A DNA stretch of 64,000 bases, from positions 19,006 through 83,005 of the forward strand of contig JAJFLV010000004.1 in NCBI GenBank assembly GCA_021772535.1, read 5' to 3'. The translations under genes were made by a program, and so were the position numbers. The stretch comes from Opitutales bacterium (GTDB lineage: Bacteria > Verrucomicrobiota > Verrucomicrobiia > Opitutales > UBA2987). Of this stretch, positions 8,806 through 19,300 are shown one piece after another (position 1 is the first letter of the stretch; every line of letters starts with the position of its first letter). The notes beneath the pieces were generated by a model. The model was not told the origin of the DNA. It saw only the letters and a list, made by a program, of their open reading frames with translations, and did not search any database.

Positions 8806-9810
8806 ATGTTCAAATTCGTCCTGTATCGTTTCCTTCAAGTAATTCCGGTATTACTAGCTATTGCCACCATGACCTTTTTTATGGTCCATGCGGCTCCGGG
8901 AGGCCCCTTCAGCCAGGAGCGAAATGTTCGGCCCGAAATTCTCGAAAAAATGAACGAGCATTATGGGCTGAACGACCCCGTCTATGTGCAGTACTGGAAT
9001 TATTTGGTCAAGCTGTGTCCCAATAAATTCAATCCTCTGAAACTCTTCGTTTACGACGAGTATGAGGGGCGAAAAGTTTTCAATTTCAATCTAAAGGACA
9101 TTTTCGGGATCGATCTGGGGCCCTCCTACAAATACGAGGGCCGCACCGTCAACGGGCTCATTGCGGAATCCTTCCCGGTTTCCATGAAATTGGGCGTGGT
9201 GGCCCTCTGCATTGCCCTATTTTTGGGTATTCCGGCAGGAATTATCGCCTCCATCGGCAAGAATACAGCTCTCGATTATGTTCCCATGTCGGTGGCCATG
9301 GTCGGAATATGCCTGCCCACATTTGTCATGGGGCCGACTCTCGCCCTGATTTTTGGCTTGTGGCTGGGGTGGGTCAATGTTTCCGGCTGGTTCACCTGGA
9401 GCGACATCATTCTTCCCTCACTCACCCTTGGCCTCTATTATGCCGCTTATGTGGCCCGCCTCACGCGTGGCGGAATGCTCGAAATATTATCCCAGGATTT
9501 CATCCGCACCGCCCGGGCCAAGGGCCTGCCTGAGACTAAAGTTGTTTTCAAGCATTCCCTCAAGGGCGGTCTGCTGCCGGTTGTCTCCTTTATGGGTCCG
9601 GCTTTGGCCGGCATGATCAGTGGTTCTTTCGTCATCGAAACCATTTTCCAGATCCCAGGTTTGGGCCGCCATTTCATAAATTCCGCTTTCAACCGTGATT
9701 ACACCATGGTGCTGGGCACGGTCCTCTTTTACGCCTCCTTCATCATTATCATGAATTTGCTGGTGGACATCGTTCAAGTGATCATGAATCCGAAACTTAA
9801 ATACGAGTAA
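8806..9810 (+). CDS. oppB: Oligopeptide ABC transporter permease
   Basis: 334 aa. Typical OppB/DppB N-terminus (RFLQVIPVLLAIATMTFFMVHAAPGGPF) and an EAA-loop region (FIRTARAKGL). Confidence 0.85.
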   Translation: MFKFVLYRFLQVIPVLLAIATMTFFMVHAAPGGPFSQERNVRPEILEKMNEHYGLNDPVYVQYWNYLVKLCPNKFNPLKLFVYDEYEGRKVFNFNLKDIFGIDLGPSYKYEGRTVNGLIAESFPVSMKLGVVALCIALFLGIPAGIIASIGKNTALDYVPMSVAMVGICLPTFVMGPTLALIFGLWLGWVNVSGWFTWSDIILPSLTLGLYYAAYVARLTRGGMLEILSQDFIRTARAKGLPETKVVFKHSLKGGLLPVVSFMGPALAGMISGSFVIETIFQIPGLGRHFINSAFNRDYTMVLGTVLFYASFIIIMNLLVDIVQVIMNPKLKYE

Positions 9811-9824
9811 AATTTGCCCGCCTC

Positions 9825-10742
9825 ATGTCCTTGGAATCGATGAAAACTATAAGCCCGCAGGATCTTCCGGTCATCCCGATTGAGAAGATTGAGGAGGGCA
9901 GTTCTCTCTGGAAGGACGCCTGGCACCGGCTTTGCAAAAACCACCTCGCCTTTGCCAGTTTGATTCTGTTCATTTTGATGACTGTTTTCTGCGTGGTCGG
10001 TCCCCTGTTGTCCCCTTACTCAAATGAAGAGCAAGACCTTGCTTACAATGCACAATCTCCCAATGCCGAGCATTGGCTGGGCACCGATTCCCTTGGCCGG
10101 GATCAATTGACCCGCATCATGTATGGTGGGCGTGTCTCCCTTGGCGTAGGATTCCTGGCCACTGCAGTTTCACTAATCATCGGAGTCGTTTACGGAGCCG
10201 TTTCCGGCTATCTCGGAGGAAAGACTGATGCCTTTATGATGCGTTGCGTCGATATCCTTTACGCGCTTCCTTTCACCATTTTCGTCATTTTATTGATGGT
10301 CATTTTCGGCCGCAGCGTGGTCCTTTTATTTATCGCCATCGGTGCGGTCGAGTGGCTGACCATGGCGCGTATCGTTCGCGGGCAGGTCTTGTCGCTTAAA
10401 AAACAGGAATTCGTCGAGGCGGCCGTTTCTCTCGGCTACAGCAATTCCCGCATCGTCTTGAGGCACCTCATTCCCAATGTTCTCGGTCCGGTTATCGTTT
10501 ATGCCACCTTGACGGTGCCCGCTGTCATGCTGCTGGAGGCGGTGCTCAGTTTTCTCGGCCTCGGGGTTCCGCCCCCCATGAGTTCCTGGGGAGTCCTCAT
10601 CAAGGAAGGGGCCGACAGCATGACCGTGTTTCCCTGGCTGTTGATTGCGCCGGCCATCTTCTTTTCGGCTACCCTTTTCTCCCTTAATTTTCTTGGCGAT
10701 GGCTTGCGCGACGCTCTCGACCCGAGGTCTTCCAAGGACTGA
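9825..10742 (+). CDS. oppC: Oligopeptide ABC transporter permease
   Basis: 305 aa. OppC/DppC signature LGTDSLGRDQLTRIMYGGRVSL. Six predicted TM segments. Confidence 0.85.
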   Translation: MSLESMKTISPQDLPVIPIEKIEEGSSLWKDAWHRLCKNHLAFASLILFILMTVFCVVGPLLSPYSNEEQDLAYNAQSPNAEHWLGTDSLGRDQLTRIMYGGRVSLGVGFLATAVSLIIGVVYGAVSGYLGGKTDAFMMRCVDILYALPFTIFVILLMVIFGRSVVLLFIAIGAVEWLTMARIVRGQVLSLKKQEFVEAAVSLGYSNSRIVLRHLIPNVLGPVIVYATLTVPAVMLLEAVLSFLGLGVPPPMSSWGVLIKEGADSMTVFPWLLIAPAIFFSATLFSLNFLGDGLRDALDPRSSKD

Positions 10743-10763
10743 TTCAACTTTATTTATTTGCTT

Positions 10764-11753
10764 ATGCCTTTGCTCGAAGTCGACAACCTGACCGCCCACT
10801 TCCACACCCGTAATGGAATTGTACGGGCCGTCGATGGTGTCTCCTTCAATCTGGAGCAAGGGGAAACGTTGGGCATTGTGGGCGAATCCGGTTCCGGAAA
10901 ATCGGTTACCTGTTATTCAATGCTGGGACTCATCCCGCAACCTCCGGGGCGAATCGAGAGTGGCACGGCTATCTTTGACGGTACGGATTTGCTTTCCTGC
11001 CAAAAGGAGGCACTCCGCAAAATTCGCGGCAAGCGCATCTCCATGATCTTTCAGGATCCCATGACCTCCTTGAACCCTTATCTGCGGGTTTCCACCCAGT
11101 TGATCGAACCCTTGCTTATCCACGAGAAAATCGATAAAAAAGAGGCGCTCAAGCGGGCCATTTCAGCTCTTGAGGAAGTCGGCATACAGGATGCCCCCAA
11201 AAGAGTGCATTTTTATCCGCACGAGTTTTCCGGAGGCATGCGCCAGCGCGTCATGATCGCCATGGCACTCATAACCCACCCCGAAATCCTCATCGCCGAT
11301 GAGCCCTCCACCGCCCTTGATGTGACCGTCCAGGCTCAGATACTGGACCTCATAAAATCACGCCAAAAGGACCTTGGAACAGCTGTTATTTTTATCACCC
11401 ACGACCTCGCCGTGGTGGCCGGATTTTGCGATCGCGTCAATGTCATGTACGCCGGAAAAATTGTCGAATCCGGGGTTACCGGCGAAATCTATTACCGCTC
11501 CCGTCACCCCTACACGCTATCCCTGCTCAAATCGATTCCCTCCCTCCAGAAAAAAGGCACGGAGCTCTACACCATCCCCGGAATGCCGCCCGACCTTTCC
11601 AATGAATTTGCGGGATGCCCTTTTTACGAACGCTGCCCCGTTTCCAAGGACCCCTGTGCCAATACCCCAACCATTCTCAAGGAACTGCAACCCGACCACA
11701 GCACCTCTTGCCTCCGCTACCAGCAGGAGGACCCCGCCGCCATTGGAATGTGA
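10764..11753 (+). CDS. oppD: Oligopeptide ABC transporter ATP-binding protein
   Basis: Walker [12 protein letters not shown] signature FSGGMRQR, Walker B ILIADEP, and a C-terminal oligo/dipeptide HPYT domain. The ATG at 10764 is preferred over the TTG at 10758. Confidence 0.85.
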   Translation: MPLLEVDNLTAHFHTRNGIVRAVDGVSFNLEQGETLGIVGESGSGKSVTCYSMLGLIPQPPGRIESGTAIFDGTDLLSCQKEALRKIRGKRISMIFQDPMTSLNPYLRVSTQLIEPLLIHEKIDKKEALKRAISALEEVGIQDAPKRVHFYPHEFSGGMRQRVMIAMALITHPEILIADEPSTALDVTVQAQILDLIKSRQKDLGTAVIFITHDLAVVAGFCDRVNVMYAGKIVESGVTGEIYYRSRHPYTLSLLKSIPSLQKKGTELYTIPGMPPDLSNEFAGCPFYERCPVSKDPCANTPTILKELQPDHSTSCLRYQQEDPAAIGM

Positions 11754-11798
11754 ACAGATTCTCTTCTTCGACTACCGGTAACATAGATTGAAATCTTT

Positions 11799-12788
11799 AT
11801 GAGTGAGTCCTTTTTAGCGCTTGAATCCGTCAAAACCCATTTTCCGGTCACCAAAGGGGTTATTCGCCGCAAGGTGATCGGCCAGGTCAAGGCGGTTGAC
11901 GGTATTTCCCTGAACTTGAAAAAGGGTGAAATCCTGGGACTGGTGGGTGAGTCCGGCTGCGGGAAATCGACTCTCGCCCGTACCATCATGCAACTGCTTC
12001 CGGCAACCGATGGAACCATAGTTCTGGAGGGGCGTGATCTCTGTTGTCTGAGCGACGCCGAAGTGCGGGCCGAGCGCATCAATTTCCAGATGATTTTCCA
12101 GGATCCCTACGCCTCCCTCAATCCCCGCATGACGGTTTTCGACACCTTGGCCGAAGCCATCAACACCCGCCACAAATGCAAGGGCCAGGAAATGCTGGCT
12201 CGGGTGGGGGCCTTAATGAAAACCGTGGGTCTGTCTCCTGCCCAGATGAAAAAATATCCGCACGAATTTTCAGGCGGCCAGCGCCAACGCATCGCCATCG
12301 CTCGTTGCCTGGCGCCGGAGCCCAAACTGGTCCTGGCAGACGAGCCAGTTTCCGCCCTTGATGTCTCCATTCAATCGCAAATATTGAACCTCATTCAACA
12401 ACTCTGTCGGGAAATGGAATTGACCATGATGTTCATTTCCCACGACCTTTCGGTAGTCAAATACATCGCCGACCGTATCGCCGTGATGTATCTGGGCAAG
12501 CTGGTTGAAATTGGGGAAGCCTCGGAAGTCATGGAAAATCCGCTCCATCCCTACACCAAAGCCCTCGTCAGTGCCATCCCGGTGCCCGACCCGGATAAAG
12601 AGCGATCCCGCGCCCGCATCGTTTTGGAGGGCGATCCCCCGTCACCAATCAACCCGCCCAATGGCTGCACCTTTCATCCCCGCTGTGCTTTCGCCACCGA
12701 AGTCTGCTCCCAAACCGTCCCCGAACTGGAAACCTACCAAAACCGCCTCGTCTCCTGCCTCCGCACCACCGACGTGAATGCCGATTAA
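11799..12788 (+). CDS. oppF: Oligopeptide ABC transporter ATP-binding protein
   Basis: Walker A GESGCGKST, signature FSGGQRQR, Walker B LVLADEP, HPYT C-terminal domain. Confidence 0.85.
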   Translation: MSESFLALESVKTHFPVTKGVIRRKVIGQVKAVDGISLNLKKGEILGLVGESGCGKSTLARTIMQLLPATDGTIVLEGRDLCCLSDAEVRAERINFQMIFQDPYASLNPRMTVFDTLAEAINTRHKCKGQEMLARVGALMKTVGLSPAQMKKYPHEFSGGQRQRIAIARCLAPEPKLVLADEPVSALDVSIQSQILNLIQQLCREMELTMMFISHDLSVVKYIADRIAVMYLGKLVEIGEASEVMENPLHPYTKALVSAIPVPDPDKERSRARIVLEGDPPSPINPPNGCTFHPRCAFATEVCSQTVPELETYQNRLVSCLRTTDVNAD

Positions 12789-12806
12789 TAACTCAGTCTT
12801 GGTTTT

Positions 12807-13142
12807 TTAATAAATACAGGCGTCGATAATGGCTAAAACTTCGTCTAAAGTCTCGTCCGGCGCTTTTTCAATAAACTTTATTTTTCGTGCACTGAAATCC
12901 GCGGATTTAATCTGCTCAGCCATTATAAATCCATGAATGGAACACTGCGCTGGTATGCCAACATGAAAGGGTGAATTGCGGTCTGTCCTTGTAACGGGAC
13001 AGGTGATTACCAATCTTGTGGCATTATTGAATACGTCATTGCTGACAACCAGAGCTGGCCGTCTTCCTTTTTGTTCGTGACCGGTTTGAGGATCGAAGGA
13101 TAAGGCAACAAAATCTCCTTTTTTCGGACGATAAATGGGCAT
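12807..13142 (-). CDS. mazF: Type II toxin, MazF/PemK-family endoribonuclease
   Basis: 111 aa. PemK-fold hallmark GDFVALSFDPQTGHEQKGRRPALVVSN...LVITCPVTRT. Its start codon directly abuts the antitoxin stop (TAA ATG). Confidence 0.85.
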   Translation of the reverse strand: MPIYRPKKGDFVALSFDPQTGHEQKGRRPALVVSNDVFNNATRLVITCPVTRTDRNSPFHVGIPAQCSIHGFIMAEQIKSADFSARKIKFIEKAPDETLDEVLAIIDACIY

Positions 13143-13391
13143 TTACCAAACCTCTCGACCTTGTGGAGAACCCCATTCAATCTCTTGATTTTTTAGTTCC
13201 TTCGGAAGTTTAGAAACAAGCTCCTCGATTTTATATCTTCCTCGAATTTTTTTCTTGGGATATAGGGAAATGCCCCCTTCCTTTACCACAAATTCAATTT
13301 CTTGTCCGATTTCAACTCCCGCTTCCGACAATATGTTTTTAGGAATTCTTACCCCTTGGCTGTTACCCCATTTCTGTATTTTTGTGGTCAT
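13143..13391 (-). CDS. mazE: Type II antitoxin, MazE/AbrB (SpoVT-AbrB) family
   Basis: 82 aa. KWGNSQGVRIPKNIL swapped-hairpin AbrB motif. Lies immediately upstream of mazF. Confidence 0.85.
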   Translation of the reverse strand: MTTKIQKWGNSQGVRIPKNILSEAGVEIGQEIEFVVKEGGISLYPKKKIRGRYKIEELVSKLPKELKNQEIEWGSPQGREVW

Positions 13392-13397
13392 CGTATA

Positions 13398-13426
13398 AGT
13401 ATAGCCTAAGTATATACATCGGTCAA
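13398..13426 (-). promoter_or_regulatory. Candidate sigma70 promoter of mazEF, predicting a leaderless or near-leaderless mRNA
   Basis: On the - strand: TTGACC (13426-13421), a 17-nt spacer, TATACT (13403-13398). The -10 box ends 6 nt before the mazE ATG at 13391. A direct repeat TATACTTA x2 (+ strand TAAGTATA at 13396-13403 and 13407-13414, 11-nt period) overlaps the -10 box and spacer. Confidence 0.5.
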
Positions 13427-13455
13427 TAACAATTGTTTAAAATAGAATGTTTTTA

Positions 13456-14901
13456 TCAATTTACGACCGACTTGGCTTCCGGTTCCGGGGTGGTCAGGTT
13501 GGGATTGCTATCACGGGGGGCCATGGTCCAGCCGGTGAAACCGTAAAACATGGAAATGATGGGTGTGGCCAAATTAAGGAAGGCGAACGGAAGGTAAACA
13601 AACGGGGATACCCCAAGGGCCCCGAACATGTAAACGCCGCAGGTGTTCCAGGCTACTAACGGCGAACTGAGCGTTCCGGCATCCTCCAGGCAGCGGGAGA
13701 GGTTTTTGGGGTGCAGGTTGGCTTTTTCAAAGGCGTTTCGGTACATTCGGCCGGGAACCACGATGGAGAGGTACTGGTCTGGCGCGATAATATTCATGGT
13801 GATGCAAGTGGCCACGGTCGAGGCGACCAGCGAGCCTGTGCTTTTGGCCAACTTCAAAATAGTATTGGCAATAACCATGAGCATGCCGGTTTTTTCCATC
13901 ACCCCTCCGAAGGACATGGCGCAGAGTATGAGGGCGATGGTGTTCATCATTCCCACCATGCCGCCACGGCTGAGCAATCTGTCCACGTCGCTGACTCCCG
14001 TGGTCGCAGCATAGCCATCCTTAGCCACCGCAAAAACATCGCCCATGCTAATGCCCTGAAAAATCATACCCAGGATTCCACCCAGGGCGGCCCCTCCCAG
14101 CAGGGCGGGCAGAGCCGGAATTCTAAATACTACCATAAAGATAACCAACACGGGCGGCAGCAATAGAAGGGGGTTGAGATTGAAGCCCGACTCGATCGTA
14201 TTCAAAATCAGGCTGATTTCTTCGCTTGAAACCTCTCCTTTTCCGGTCCCCTTAAAGCCGAGAAAAGCGTAAAGAATCAGGGCAATTATCAATGCCGGCA
14301 AGGTAGTATAAACCATGTGGCGAATGTGATCGAAAAGCTCCGCCCCGGCCACCGCCGGGGAAAGGTTGGTGGTGTCGGAAAGGGGTGACATTTTATCGCC
14401 GAAGTAGGCCCCTGAAATAATAGCGCCGGCCACCATTCCGGGATGCACACCCAGGCCCTGCCCCACGCCGACAAGGGCCACACCGACTGTCCCGGCGGTC
14501 GTCCAGGAACTGCCTGTGGCCAGTGAAATAATCGAGCAAATGATGCAGGCGGCGATGAGGAATATTTCCGGGGTGAGCAGCTTGAGCCCGTAGAAAATCA
14601 TGATGGGCACCACCCCGCTGGCAATCCAGGTGCCGATGAGAACCCCAATAATAAGAAGAATTAGCACCGCCTTGAGGGAAATAACGATTCCCTGCACCAT
14701 GCCCTCTTCAATGGATTTCCAGGGATACCCCAGGCAAATGCCCACAATGGCGGCCACCACCGTGCCGAGTACCAACGGGATATGTGGTTCGCCGCCGTAT
14801 AGTTTGATATTGAGGGCCAGGAAAATTATCAGGGTGGCCACTGGAAGGAGGGCTTCCCAAAGTCTGGCCTGGCGGCCTTCTTGGTCTTGGGATTCGCTCA
14901 T
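13456..14901 (-). CDS. nhaC: NhaC-family Na+/H+ antiporter-like transporter
   Basis: 481 aa, about 11-12 TM segments, with NhaC-family sequence character. Its start overlaps the upstream amidohydrolase stop in an ATGA (14898-14901). Confidence 0.75.
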   Translation of the reverse strand: MSESQDQEGRQARLWEALLPVATLIIFLALNIKLYGGEPHIPLVLGTVVAAIVGICLGYPWKSIEEGMVQGIVISLKAVLILLIIGVLIGTWIASGVVPIMIFYGLKLLTPEIFLIAACIICSIISLATGSSWTTAGTVGVALVGVGQGLGVHPGMVAGAIISGAYFGDKMSPLSDTTNLSPAVAGAELFDHIRHMVYTTLPALIIALILYAFLGFKGTGKGEVSSEEISLILNTIESGFNLNPLLLLPPVLVIFMVVFRIPALPALLGGAALGGILGMIFQGISMGDVFAVAKDGYAATTGVSDVDRLLSRGGMVGMMNTIALILCAMSFGGVMEKTGMLMVIANTILKLAKSTGSLVASTVATCITMNIIAPDQYLSIVVPGRMYRNAFEKANLHPKNLSRCLEDAGTLSSPLVAWNTCGVYMFGALGVSPFVYLPFAFLNLATPIISMFYGFTGWTMAPRDSNPNLTTPEPEAKSVVN

Positions 14902-16283
14902 TCTTTCTTTAATTGGCGGTATTTCTCCTGATATTTTTGGTAAAGCCGCGTATGGCGGCTGGACAAATCGATGAGTCGTCCGTCGATGAACGCCATTTCC
15001 ACCTGGGTGCGAATTTCCAGCGGATCCCCGTCTGTCACGATGAGGGTGGCGTCCTTGCCCGCTTCCAGAGAACCCAGACGGTCTTCCACTCCGAGAATTT
15101 TGGCCGCGTTGAGGGTCACGGCCTTTAATGCCTCCTCTTTGGGCAACCCGTAGGCTGCAGCCATGGCCGCCTGGTAGGGCAGGTTCCTTTCATGGGCGGC
15201 ATCGCTTCTTCCGCCCGCGTTGGCAATCGCGAAAAGGATTCCGCTGGCATGAAGTTTGGCCGGATTCGCAAATGGTGTATCATAGGGTTCCCAACGGCGA
15301 AGAGGAAGGGCCATCACCGGACTCACGATTACAGCCACGCTTTTTTCCTTCAACAGATCTGCTGCCCGCCAGGCATCCTGGCCGCCCACAATGACCAATC
15401 TGACCACTTCCTCCTCTGACCAGTGAACGGCGCGGCGAATCTCCTCCAACCGGTCGGCATGGACAAAGACGGGTATTTCCCTTTTCAGGACTGGAATCAT
15501 GGCCTCCCAGCGGAGGTCGGAATCTTGTTGAAGTGGGCTGTTTTCGAGGACTTTAAGGTAAGCCCTGGCGTTGGCAAAACTGTCTCTCAGTCGGCGCAGC
15601 GCCTTCTCATAGGCTTCTTCCTTATCTTTGGTTCCCGAACCGTAAGCCATGTTTCGATTGAAAACAGTGGGCCCTCCGGATATCCGTTCCGGCCACTTGA
15701 TGTGCAAACCAACCGGGGCTTTGATCACCATTTCCTCCCAGGTCCACCCATCCAGTTTCATCAGGGCCGAAGTTCCTGCAATAAGCCCTTTTTTCCCCGC
15801 CGAAGGGACGGTGTTGATGACGAGGACTCCATTGGCGCGAGTAACGGGAAAAATCTCGCTGTCGGGGTTGACGGCGCTTTCCGCCCGCGAATTGGGATTG
15901 ATTTCGCCGCTTTCTGTAAAATCCCGTGTCGCTCGAACGGCCCCAATTTCTACTAAGCCCGCCAGAGTATTCGATCCGATAAGGCCCGGATAAACGCTCT
16001 TACCGGAAATATCGATGATTTCCGTATTTTTCGGAGCTTTAATACGGTTACCGAGAGCGGATATCTTACCATTTTGAAAAAGAATTTGCGCGCCCTCGAG
16101 GATTACCGAAGAAACCGGATAAATGGTGCCGCCTTTGAGGAGAATCGGGTGATCCTGGACCGGAGCCGGAACATTGGTATTGGCCTCGAGCGGAGAAATT
16201 GCACTCAATGCCAGAGAGAGGACGAGACTGCCTCTTTGCCAGATTTTACGGTTATTTGACCTGCTTGAAGAACCGGTTTTCAT
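14898..16283 (-). CDS. Secreted amidohydrolase-fold protein with degenerate metal-binding motif
   Basis: 461 aa with a signal peptide. It has the amidohydrolase N- and C-terminal beta-sandwich signatures (KSVYPGLI..., GSLEAGKDATLIVTDGDPLE). The canonical PGLIDxHxH is replaced by PGLIGSNTLAG. Confidence 0.7.
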   Translation of the reverse strand: MKTGSSSRSNNRKIWQRGSLVLSLALSAISPLEANTNVPAPVQDHPILLKGGTIYPVSSVILEGAQILFQNGKISALGNRIKAPKNTEIIDISGKSVYPGLIGSNTLAGLVEIGAVRATRDFTESGEINPNSRAESAVNPDSEIFPVTRANGVLVINTVPSAGKKGLIAGTSALMKLDGWTWEEMVIKAPVGLHIKWPERISGGPTVFNRNMAYGSGTKDKEEAYEKALRRLRDSFANARAYLKVLENSPLQQDSDLRWEAMIPVLKREIPVFVHADRLEEIRRAVHWSEEEVVRLVIVGGQDAWRAADLLKEKSVAVIVSPVMALPLRRWEPYDTPFANPAKLHASGILFAIANAGGRSDAAHERNLPYQAAMAAAYGLPKEEALKAVTLNAAKILGVEDRLGSLEAGKDATLIVTDGDPLEIRTQVEMAFIDGRLIDLSSRHTRLYQKYQEKYRQLKKE

Positions 16284-16306
16284 GAGATGATGATTAATTA
16301 AAGGAC

Positions 16307-19300
16307 TCAGATTGTCTCATGGCCGGTGCAGGTCTCAACGCTTTCACCGTTATGGTAGATGGAGCGATATTCCTTCTCATGCCAACCGTTTTCATTTTCA
16401 TAATTATTTTCCGGTTCTAAATTCGGCGGCTCGTCTTCTTTATCCAGGTCCTTGTCGTCCGACTCGTGCTTCCCCTTTTTCTTCAAACGCTCATCAAGCG
16501 CTTTTTGAATTAGCCTCTGCCGTTCTTTCAGGACTAAAGCCTGTTGGCGGGCATCTTGTTTTCGGTCAAAGTATTTGCGTCCCTCGATCCAGGTTTGTTC
16601 GGCTCGTGAATAGCTGGAAAGCGGATGATCGCTCCATAGCACGAAATCGGCATCCTTGCCCGGCTCGAGGGAGCCAACCCACTGGTTAATGCGAAGCTGT
16701 TTGGCGGCATTCAAGGTGACGAATTTGAGAGCCTCCTCCTCGCTCACCCCACCGTATTTGACCGCTTTGGCCGCCTCGGTGTTGAGACGGCGGGCCAGTT
16801 CGTTGTCATCCGAATTGAAGGAGGTGAGCACTCCATTTTCATGCATGAGTGCGCCGTTGTAGGAAATGGCGTCGTAAACCTCGAATTTGTAGGCCCACCA
16901 ATCGGAAAAGGTCGAACCGCCGGCCCCGATGGCGGCAATTTCATCAGCCACCTTGTAGCCTTCCAGAACATGCTGAAACGTTCCCATGGTAAAACCCATT
17001 TCCTTGGCCAGACGGGCAAAAGTGAGAATTTCATCCTGCCGGTAAGAGTGAATGTGTACCAACCGTTCACTATTCAGGATTTCCAGGGCGGCGTCGAGGC
17101 GCAGGTTTCGGCGTGGGGCGGGGCCTTCCGGATTGGCCCGATAGGCTTGCCAGGTTCTCTCATAATCCTGCGCGGCCTTAAAAGTGTCGCGCATGATTTG
17201 CTCGACCCCCATGCGAGTCTGCGGGTAGCGGGTGACAACATGATCCCCCCAGTTGCTTTGCTTGACGTTTTCTCCCAAGGCGAATTTCACCCCCGGCATG
17301 GCGCCCTGAAACTTGAGACCCTCGGCGTCCTCTCCCCAGCGCAGCTTGATCACCTGGTTCTGGCCTCCCATAGGATTGGCCGAGCCATGGAGCAGATTGG
17401 CCGTTGTCAGCCCTCCCGCCAATTCCCGGTAAAGTCCGATATCGGTTGAATCGAGGGCGTCTCCAATGCGAACCTCCAGTGTGACGGCATGAGAGGCTTC
17501 ATTTACCCTGCGGGCAATAGCCGTATGCGAATGGGCGTCGATCAAACCCGGAGTAAGATGCCAACCCTCCGCATCGATCACCACGGCACCCTCCGGGACC
17601 GCCAAATCCTGTCCTATCCGTTCAATTTTCCCTTTATGCACGAGCATGTCCGCCTTTCCCAAAACACCACTTGCACCGCATGTCCAAATGGTAGTGTTGC
17701 GAATGAGAATAGTAGCAGGCTGTTCCGGCTTTCCAGCTAAGCCATAGGCTCCCGCCGGGTATGTCTGGCGGCGGGATTCCGGATGTTGGGGAAGCGGTTG
17801 AGAATTATTTTCTTTCTTCCCGGAATGTGGCGCCGTGCGCTCGCCAGTCCAGAAAAAGACGGATCCATCGGGCAAAGTTCCGATCCCTGATAGGTTGCCG
17901 TCCTTTAATACGGAGGAAACCCTGACAACACCTTTCTCCCAGCCGAACAACGTTGCCGGAGGGAAGGCCAGAACGGTTTTTGCCTCAATCTTGGCGAGGA
18001 ATGATTCCTCGTTGGCTTTGACTTTCAGGTCCTTGGGCTTGCCGGAGATTTTCCATTCAGCGGGACCCGCGGCGCCCGTCCAGGTCAATGCCCAGGTTCC
18101 TCGTGGATCAATGGTCTCGGAGGCCTTGGTCGGATAAGGCCGCCCGTCGATCCAGAGAGAGAGGATTTTCGAATTTTTATCTTGGAACAGGTTGCCCTCG
18201 GCCACCACCAAATTAGCAATTTTTCCTGCTTTGATCGATCCCAGTTTGCTCCCCAGTCCAAGAAGCTTGGAAGGATGTGTGGTTAAAGCGGCCAGAGCCT
18301 GTGATTCTGTCAAACCGTTTGCGACCGCTTGGCGAACATTTTTCCAGAACGATTTTCCGGGCGATTTTAAAAAATTTGCGGTAAAACATATTGGAATGTC
18401 CGCTTGTGCCAAAGCCGCTGGGTTGGCCGGAGCTGACTCCCAGTGTTGTAAAGCTTCGAGCGAAATCTCCAGGGCACGGTCGGGATTGCCCACCGGTGGA
18501 GCCTCGGGGAAATTGAGCGGCAAAATGACGGTTGCCTCCATCTGCCGTAGCATTTCGGTCTTACGGTATTCATGACCGTTGCCGAGCAATGCATAAGAGA
18601 GATCAAATTCATGGGCGATCCGCGCAATCCTCTCATAATCCAACTCATCCTCAGCTGCGAATAAAACTGTCTGCCGACCCTCGGATGCGGGAGCTAATGC
18701 CTCATAAGCTGCATTTGCCTCGGACCGCTCTTTACCCTCCTGATTCTTTCTTTCCGTATGCCAGCGAGTATCATAAAAAGTTTGCCGGATTAAAGCCGTC
18801 GCGCCCATTAGTGAGGTGGGATAATTTCCCGAGAGCCAAGGGGTTAATTCGAAGGCAATATGCTGGACGGCGCTTTCCTCAAGGAGAGAATTATTTAGTG
18901 ATTTGCCACTCAGATTGACCACCGATCCTTGTCCCCGAAAAACTCCCCGGGACGGAGCCACCAGAGCGGTGGCAAAGCCCAACTCGCGCATTGCGGCGGT
19001 TTCCTTTTGATTAATCTTGATCGAAGTAGCGGCGATTCTCTGGGGTGATACCAATGGATTCCAGTGCTCAGCACCTCCCTCGAACCTCGGTTTTGGTTGG
19101 TCTGGAGCGGGACCCTCCCCAAAAGATCTTTCCTCCGTCTTTGCTTTTTGAGACCGCAAGTTCTTGGGTAGGCCGAGTTGAGTATAACTTTCTATAAACC
19201 CAGGGTAGATTGTTTTACCTTCAAGGCGCCAAACTCGGGCCTCCTTTGGTAACGCCAGATCGGATTCGGACCCCGCAGCCTCGATCAGCCCGTTCCGCAG

